Shown piece after piece: positions 54,191-64,000 of a DNA stretch of 64,000 nt. Source of the stretch: Eledone cirrhosa (taxonomy: Eukaryota). Both the position numbers and the translations under genes were made by a program. The stretch lies in contig CAXHJY010001327.1 in NCBI GenBank assembly GCA_964016885.1, positions 124,001-188,000 on the forward strand. Direction: 5' to 3'. Position 1 is the first letter of the stretch. Each line of letters opens with the position of its first letter. The notes under the pieces are model-generated. The model made no database searches and was not told the DNA's origin. It worked only from the letters and a program-made list of their open reading frames with translations.

Positions 54191-57100
54191 CTGTTACAAT
54201 GAAATATAGAATTAGTAATGACTGTTACAATGAAATATAAAACTAGTAATGACTGTTGCAATGAAATATAAAACTAGTAATGACTGTTACAATGAAATAT
54301 CGAATTAGTAATGACTGTTACAATGAATTATAAAACTAGTAATGACTGTTACAATGAAATATAAAACTAGTAATGACAATGAAATATAGAATTAGTAATG
54401 ACTGTTACAATGAAATATAAAACTAGTAATGACTGTTACATTGAAATATAAAACTAGTAATGACTGTTACATTGAAATATAAAACTAGTAATGACTGTTA
54501 CAATGAAATATAAAACTAGTAATGACTGTTATAATGAAATATAGAACTAGTAATAACTGTTACAATGAAATATAGAACTAGTAATGACTGTTACAATGAA
54601 ATATAGAACTAGTAATGACTGTTACAATGAAATATAGAACTAGTAATGACTGTTACAATGAAATATAAAACTGGTAATGACTGTTACAAGGAAATATAGA
54701 ACAAGTAATGACTGTTACAATGAAATATAGAACTAGTAATGACTGTTACAATGAAATATGGGAACTAGTAATGACTGTTACAATGAAATATAGGAACTAG
54801 TAATGACTTTTTCAATGAAAAATAGAACTAGTAATGACTTTTTCAATGAAAAATAGAACTACTAATGACTTTTTCAATGAAAAATAGAACTAGTAATGAC
54901 TGTTACAAAGAAATATAGAACTAGTAATGACTTAAAATGAAATATAGAACTAGTAATGACTGTTACAATGAAATATAAAACTAGTATTGACTGTTACAAT
55001 GAATATAAAACTAGTAATGAGTTACAATGAAATATAGTACTAGTAATGACTGTTACAATGAATATAAAACTAGTAATGACTGTTACAATGAATATAAAAC
55101 TAGTAATGACTGTTACAATGAAATATAAAACTAGTAATGACTGTTACAATGAAATATAAAACTAGTAATGACTGTTACAATGAAATATAAAACTAGTAAT
55201 GACTGTTACAATGAAATATAAAACTAGTAATGACTGTTACAATGAAATGAAGAACTAGTAATGACTGTTACAATGAGTATAAAACTAGTAACGACTGTTA
55301 CAATGAAATATAGAACTAGTAATGACTGTTACAATGAAATATAGAACTAGTAATGACTGTTACAATGAATATAAAACTAGTAATGACTGTTATAATGAAT
55401 ATAAAACTAGCAATGACTGTTACAATGAAATATAAATCTAGTAATGACAGTTACAACGAAATATAGTACTAGTAATGACTGTTACAATGAAATATACAAC
55501 TAGTAATAACTGTTACAATGAAATATAAAACTAGTAATGACTGTTTCAATGAAATATGGTACTAGTAATAACTGTTATAATGAAATATAGAACTAGTAAT
55601 GACTGTTACAATGAATATGAAACTAGTAATGACAGTTACAATGAAATATAGAACTAGTAATGACTGTTACAATGAAATATAGAACTAGTAATGACTGTTA
55701 CAATGAAATATAAAACTAGTAATGACTGTTACGATGAAATATAAAACTAGTAATGACTGTTACAATGAAATATAGAACTAGTAATAACTGTTACAATGAA
55801 ATATAGGAACTAGTAATGACTGTTACAATGAAATATAGGAACTAGTAATGACTTACAATGAAAAATAGAACTAGTAATGACTGTTACAATGAAACATAAA
55901 ACTAGTAATGACTGTTACAATGAAACATAAAACTAATAGTGACTGTTACAATGAAACATAAAACTAATAGTGACTGTTACAATGAAACATAAAACTAATA
56001 GTGACTGTTACAATGAAACATAAAACTAATAGTGACTGTTACAATAAAATATAAAACTAGTAATGACATATAATGAAATATAAAACTAGTAATGACTGTT
56101 TCAATGAAATATAGAACTAGCAATGACTATTTCAATGAAATATAGAACTAGTAATAACTGTTACAATGAATATAAAACTAGTAATGACTGTTACAATGAA
56201 TATAAAACTAGTAATGACTGTTACAATGAAATATAAAACTATTAATTACTGTAACCATGAAATATAAAACTATTAATGACTGTTACAATGAAATATAAAA
56301 CTAGTAATGACTGTTACAATGAAATGAAGAACTAGTAATGACTGTTACAATGAATATAAAACTAGTAATGACTGTTACAATGAAATATAAATCTAGTAAT
56401 GACTGTTACAATGAAATATAAAACTAGTAATGACTGTTACAATGAAATATAGTACTAGTAATGACTATTATAATGAATATAAAACTAGTAATGACTGTTA
56501 CAATGAAATGAAGAACTAGTAATGACTGTTACAATGAAATGAAGAACTAGTAATGACTGTTACAATGAGTATAAAACTAGTAACGATTGTTACATTGAAA
56601 TATAGAACTAGTAATGACTGTTACAATGAAATATAAAACTAGTAATGACTGTTACAATGAATATAAAACTAGTAATGACTGTTACAATGAATATAAAACT
56701 AGTAATGACTGTTACAATGAAATATATATCTAGTAATGACTGTTACAATGAAATATAGAACTAGTAATGACTGTTACAATGAAATATAGGAACTAGTAAT
56801 GACTGTTACAATGAAATATAGGAACTAGTAATGACTGTTACAATGAATATAAAACTAGTAATGACTATTACAATGAATATATAACTAATAATGACTGTTA
56901 TAATGAAATATAGAACTAGTAATGACTGTTACAATGAAATATAGAACTAGTAATGACTGTTACATTGAAATATAAAACTAGTAATGGCTGTTACAATGAA
57001 ATATAGAACTAGTAATGACTGTTACAATGAAATATAAAACTAGTAATGACTGTTACAATGAAATATAAAACTAGTAATGACTGTTACAATGAAATATAAA

Positions 57101-60100
57101 ACTAGTAATGACTGTCACAATGAACTATAAAACTAGTAATGACTGTTACAATGAAATATAGTACTAGAAATGACTGTTACAATGAATATAAAACTAGTAA
57201 TGACTGTTACCATGAATATAAAACTAGTAATGACTGTTACATTGAAATATAAAACTAGTAATGACTTATAATGAAATATAGAATTAGTAATGACTGTTAC
57301 AATGAAATATAAAACTAGTAATGACTGTAACAATGAAATAATTAACTAGTAATGACTGTTACAATGAAATATAAAACTAGTAATGACTGTTACAATGAAA
57401 TATATAACTAGTAATGACTGTTACCATGAATATAAAACTAGTAATGACTGTTACCATGAATATAAAACTAGTAATGACTGTTACCATGAATAAAAAACTA
57501 GTAATGACTTACCATGAATAAAAAAACTAGTAATGACTGTTACAATGAAATATAGTTCAAGTAATGACTGTTACAATGAAATATAGTTCTAGTAATGACT
57601 GTTACAATGAAATATAGTTCTAGTAATGACTGTTACAATGAAATATAGAACTGGTAATGACTGTTACAATGAAATATAGAACTGGTAATGACTGTTACAA
57701 TGAAATATAGAACTGGTATTGACTGTGACAATGAAATATAGAACTAGTAATGACTGTTACAATGAATATAAAACTAGTAATGACTGTTACAATGAAATAT
57801 AGAACTGGTAATGACTGTTACAATGAAATATAGAACTAGTATTGACTGTGACAATGAAATATAGAACTAGTAATGACTGTTACAATGAATATAAAACTAG
57901 TAATGACTGTTACGATGAAATATAGTACTAGAATTGACTGTTACAATGAATATAAAACTAGTAATGACTGTTACCATGAATATAAAACTAGTAATGACTG
58001 TTACCATGAATATAAAACTAGTAATGACTTTTACAATGAAATATAGTTCTAGTAATGACTGTTACAATGAAATATAGTTCTAGTAATGACTGTTACAATG
58101 AAATATAGTTCTAGTAATGACTGTTACGATGAATATAAAACTAGTAATGACTGTTATAATGAAATATAGAACTAGTAATGACTGTTTCAAAGAAATATAG
58201 TACTAGTAATGACTGTTACAATGAAATATAGAACTAGTAATGACTGTTACAATGAAATATAAAACTAGTAATGACTGTTACAATGAAATATAAAACTAGT
58301 AATGACTGTTACATGAACTATAAAACTAGTAATGACTGTTACAATGAATATAAAACTAGTAATGACTTACCATGAATATAAAACTAGTAATGACTGTTAC
58401 AATGAAATATAGTTCTAGTAATGACTGTCACAATGAAATATAGAACTAGTAATGACTGTTACAATGAAATATAGAACTAGTAATGACTGTTACAATGAAA
58501 TATAGAACTAGTAATGACTGTTACAATGAAATATAGAACTAGTAATGACTGTTACAATGAAATATAGAATTAGTAATGACTGTCACAATGAAATATAAAA
58601 CTAGTAATGACTGTTACAATGAAATATAGAACTAGTAATGACTGTTACATTGAAATATAAAACTAGTAATGACTGTTATAATAAAATATAGTACTAGTAA
58701 TGACTGTTACAATGAATATAAAACTAGTAATGACTGTTACAACGAATATAAAACTAGTAATGACTGTTACAATGAATATAAAACTAGTAATGACTGTTAC
58801 AATGAAATATAAAACAATCAATGACTGTATCAATGAAAAATAGAACTAGTAATGACTGTTACAATGAAATATAGAACTAGTAATGACTGTTACAATGAAA
58901 TATAGAACTAGTAATAACTGTTACAATGAAATATAAAACTAGTAATGACTGTTTCAATGAAATATGGTACTAGTAATAACTGTTATAATGAAATATTAAA
59001 CTAGTAATGACTGTTACAATGAATATAAAACTAGTAATGACTGTTACAATGAAATATAAAACTAGTAATGACTGTTACGATGAAATATAAAACTAGTAAT
59101 GACTGTTACAAGGAATATAAAACTAGTAATGACAATGAAATATAGAACTAGTAATGACATAATGAAATATAGAACTAGTAATGACTGTTTCAATGAAATA
59201 TAGAACTAGTAATGACTGTTACAATGAATATAAAACTAGTAATGACTGTTACAATGAATATAAAACTAGTAATGACTGTTACAATGAATATAAAACTAGT
59301 AATGACTGTTCCAATGAATATAAAACTAGTAATGACTGTTACAATGAATATAAAACTAGTAATGACTGTTACAATGAATATAAAACTAGTAATAACTGTT
59401 ATAATGAAATATAGAACTAGTAATGACTGTTACAATGAAATATAGAACTAGTAATGACTGTTACAATGAAATATAAAACTAGTAATGACTGTTACAATGA
59501 AATATAGAACTAGTAATAACTCTTACTATGAATATAAAACTAGTAATGACTGTTACAAGGAATATAAAACTAGTAATGAATTGTAATGAAATATAGAACT
59601 AGTAATGACTGTTACAATGAAATATAGAACTAGTAATGACTGTTACATTGAAATATAAAACTAGTAATGGCTATTACAATGAAATATAGTACTAGTAATA
59701 ACTGTTACAATGAAATATAAAACTAGTAATGACTTATAATGAAATATAGAATTAGTAATGACTGTTACAATGAAATATAAAACTAGTAATGACTGTTACA
59801 ATGAAATATAAAACTAGTAATGACTGTTACAATGAAATATAAAACTAGTAATGACTTATAATGAAATATAGAATTAGTAATGACTGTTACAATGAAATAT
59901 AAAACTAGTAATGACTGTTACAATGAAATAATGAACTAGTAATGACTGTTACAATGAAATAATGAACTAGTAATGACTGTTACAATGAAATATAAAACTA
60001 GTAATGACTGTTACGATGAAATATAGTACTAGAATTGACTGTTACAATGAATATAAAACTAGTAATGACAGTTACCATGAATATAAAACTAGTAATGCCT

Positions 60101-63100
60101 TTTACAATGAAATATAGTTCTAGTAATGACTGTTACAATGAAATATAGTTCTAGTAATGACTGTTACAAATGAAATATAGAACTGGTAATGACTGTTACA
60201 ATGAAATATAAAACTAGTAATGACTGTTACAATGAAATAGATAACTAGTAATAACTGTTACAATGAATATAAAACTAGGAATGACTGTTACAATGAAATA
60301 TAGTTCTAGTAATGACTGTTACAATGAAATATAGTTCTAGTGATGACTGTTACAATGAATATAAAACTAGTAATGACTGTTATAATGAAATATAGAACTA
60401 GTAATGACTGTTTCAAAGAAATATAGAACTAGTAATGACTGTTACAATGAAATATAAAACTAGTAATGACTTATAATGAAATATAGAATTAGTAATGACT
60501 GTTACAATGAAATATAAAACTAGTAATGACTGTTACATGAAATATTGAACTAGTATTGACTGTTACAATGAAATATAAAACTAGTAATGACTGTTACGAT
60601 GAACTATAAAACTAGTAATGACTGTTACAATGAATATAAAACTAGTAATGACTGATACCATGAATATAAAACTAGTAATGACTGATACCATGAATATAAA
60701 ACTAGTAATGACTGTTACGATGAAATATAGTTCTAGTAATGACTGTTACAATGAAATATAGTTCTAGTAATGACTGTTACAATGAAATATAGTTCTAGTA
60801 ATGACTGTTACAATGAAATATAGAACTGGTAATGACTGTTACAATGAAATATAGAACTAGTATTGACTGCGACAATGAAATATAGAATTAGTAATGACTG
60901 TCACAATGAAATATAGTTCTAGTAATGACTGTTACAATGAACTATAGAACTAGTAATGACTGTTACAATGAAATATAGAACTAGTACTGACTGTTACAAT
61001 GAAATATAGAACTAGTAATGACTGTTACAATGAAATATAGAACTAGTAATGACTGTTACAATGAAATATAGAATTAGTAATGACTGTCACAATGAAATAT
61101 AAAACTAGTAATGACTGTTACAATGAAATATAGAACTAGTAATGACTGTTATAATAAAATATAGTATTAGTAATGACTGTTACAATGAATATAAAACTAG
61201 TAATGACTGTTACAACGAATATAAAACTAGTAATGACTGATACAATGAATATAAAACTAGTAATGACTGTTACAATGAAATATAAAACAATCAATGACTG
61301 TTTCAATGAAAAATAGAACTAGTAATGACTGTTACAATGAAATATAGAACTAGTAATGACTGTTACAATGAAATATAAAACTAATAATGACTGTTACAAT
61401 GAAATATAGAACTAGTAATAACTCTTACTATGAATATAAAACTAGTAATGACTGTTACAAGGAATATAAAACTAGTAATGAATTGTAATGAAATATAGAA
61501 CTAGTAATGACTGTTACAATGAAATATAGAACTAGTAATGACTGTTACATTGAAATATAAAACTAGTAATGGCTATTACAATGAAATATAGAACTAGTAA
61601 TGACTGTTACAATGAAATATAAAACTAGTAATGACTTATAATGAAATATAGAATTAGTAATGACTGTTACAATGAAATTTAAAACTAGTAATGACTGTTA
61701 CAATGAAATAATGAACTAGTAATGACTGTTACAATGAAATAATGAACTAGTAATGACTGTTACGATGAAATATAGTACTAGAATTGACTGTTACAATGAA
61801 TATAAAACTAGTAATGACTGTTACCATGAATATAAAACTAGTAATGCCTTTTACAATGAAATATAGTTCTAGTAATGACTGTTACAATGAAATATAGTTC
61901 TAGTAATGACTGTTACAATGAAATATAGAACTGGTAATGACTGTTACAATGAAATATAAAACTAGTAATGACTGTTACAATGAAATAGATAACTAGTAAT
62001 AACTGTTACAATGAATATAAAACTAGGAATGACTGTTACAATGAAATATAGTTCTAGTAATGACTGTTACAATGAAATATAGTTCTAGTGATGACTGTTA
62101 CAATGAATATAAAACTAGTAATGACTGTTATAATGAAATATAGAACTAGTAATGACTGTTTCAAAGAAATATAGAACTAGTAATGACTGTTACAATGAAA
62201 TATAAAACTAGTAATGACTTATAATGAAATATAGAATTAGTAATGACTGTTACAATGAAATATAAAACTAGTAATGACTGTTACATGAAATATTGAACTA
62301 GTATTGACTGTTACAATGAAATATAAAACTAGTAATGACTGTTACGATGAACTATAAAACAAGTAATGACTGTTACAATGAATATAAAACTAGTAATGAC
62401 TGATACCATGAATATAAAACTAGTAATGACTTACCATGAATATAAAACTAGTAATGACTGTTACAATGAAATATAGTTCTAGTAATGACTGTTACAATGA
62501 AATATAGTTCTAGTAATGACTGTTACAATGAAATATAGTTCTAGTAATGACTGTTACAATGAAATATAGAACTGGTAATGACTGTTACAATGAAATATAG
62601 AACTAGTATTGACTGCGACAATGAAATATAGAATTAGTAATGACTGTCACAATGAAATATAGTTCTAGTAATGACTGTTACAATGAACTATAGAACTAGT
62701 AATGACTGTTACAATGAAATATAGAACTAGTACTGACTGTTACAATGAAATATAGAACTAGTAATGACTGTTACAATGAAATATAGAACTAGTAATGACT
62801 GTTACAATGAAATATAGAATTAGTAATGACTGTCACAATGAAATATAAAACTAGTAATGACTGTTACAATGAAATATAGAACTAGTAATGACTGTTACAT
62901 TGAAATATAAAACTAGTAATGACTGTTATAATAAAATATAGTACTAGTAATGACTGTTACAATGAATATAAAACTAGTAATGACTGTTACAACGAATATA
63001 AAACTAGTAATGACTGATACAATGAATATAAAACTAGTAATGACTGTTACAATGAAATATAAAACAATCAATGACTGTTTCAATGAAAAATAGAACTAGT

Positions 63101-64000
63101 AATGACTGTTACAATGAAATATAGAACTAGTAATGACTGTTACAATGAAATATACAACTAGTAATAACTGTTACAATGGAATATAAAACTAGTAATGACT
63201 GTTTCAATGAAATATGGTAGTAGTAATAACTGTTATAATGAAATATAAAACTAGTAATGACTGTTACAATGAATATAAAACTAGTAATGACTGTTACAAT
63301 GAAATATAAAACTAGTAATGACTGTTTCATTGAAATATAGAACTAGTAATGACTGTTTCAATGAAATATAGAACTAGTAATGACTGTTTCAATGAAATAT
63401 AGAACTAGTAATGACTGTTACAATGAAATATAGAACTAGTAATGACTGTTACATTGAAATATAAAACTAGTAATGGCTATTACAATGAAACATAGAACTA
63501 GTAATGACTGTTACAATGAAATATAAAACTAGTAATGACTTATAATGAAACATAGAATTAGTAATGACTGTTACAATGAAATATAAAACTAGTAATGACT
63601 GTTACAATGTAATAATGAACTAGTAATGTTTGTTACAATGAAATATTAAACTAGTAATGACTGTTACAATGAAATATAGTACTAGTAATGACTGTTACAA
63701 TGAATATAAAACTAGTAATGACTGTTACAATGAATATAAAACTAGTAATGACTGTTACAATGAATATAAAACTAGTAATGACTGTTACAATGAATATAAA
63801 ACTAGTAATGACTGTTACAATGAATATAAAACTAGTAATGACTGTTATAATGAAATATAGAACTAGTAATGACTGTTACAATGAAATATAGAACTAGTAA
63901 TGACTGTTACATTGAAATATAAAACTAGTAATGGCTATTACAATGAAATATAGAACTAGTAATGACTGTTACATTGAAATATAAAACTAGTAATGGCTTT
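54186..64000 (+). repeat. Satellite 3: 30/31-bp AT-rich tandem array (~320 copies), continues beyond the right edge
   Basis: Consensus AATGACTGTTACAATGAAATATA(A/G)AACTAGT (31 nt; the 30-nt variant lacks one A). Confidence 0.99.
54191..54217 (-). promoter_or_regulatory. 3' splice site: branch point TACTAAT, T-rich tract and CAG
   Basis: Minus strand reads TACTAATTCTATATTTCATTGTAACAG|T. Putative branch A at 54212, with no other AG between it and the acceptor. Confidence 0.6.

Noticed and set aside
50690-54261. Long minus-strand ORFs (201, 556, 434 aa) as repeat proteins
   Set aside because: The 25-mer has no stop codon in any minus frame, so 25-aa periodic ORFs arise automatically. Only the unique 54045-54190 part is considered coding.
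57133-63891. Short ORFs in satellite 3 (MTVTMNIKLV / NDCYNEYKTS repeats)
   Set aside because: These are runs of 30-bp in-frame monomer variants, open in several overlapping frames.
54186-64000. Recursive-splicing (ratchet) sites
   Set aside because: Acceptors are followed by TC, not GT, so no donor is regenerated.

Overview
This is AT-rich eukaryotic DNA, about 95% tandem repeat. The interspersed SINEs and MITEs resemble elements I recall from octopus/cephalopod genomes; that is recollection, not a database result. Layout: (1) 1-~48045, a 46-bp satellite (~1,000 copies) with nested higher-order duplications (1.7, 1.9, 5.56 and 18.66 kb) and five SINE-derived double-foldback cassettes. (2) 48039-50610, a cluster of non-autonomous elements: a TA-flanked Tigger/pogo-like MITE containing a TTAA-flanked piggyBac-like MITE containing a 310-bp foldback, followed by tRNA-derived SINEs. 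(3) ~50960-54033, a 25-bp purine-rich satellite. (4) 54186-64000, a 30/31-bp satellite. Two main results. First, the 46-bp monomer is an amplified copy of the left TIR, TA and flank of the adjacent MITE. Second, a probable minus-strand gene is hidden among the satellites. It has a 146-nt exon (54045-54190) wedged between satellites 2 and 3, which splices in frame to a candidate exon starting at 50729. The 31-bp satellite is a ~320-fold tandem amplification of that exon's own 3' splice site. The long ORFs in the track are mostly repeat artefacts.
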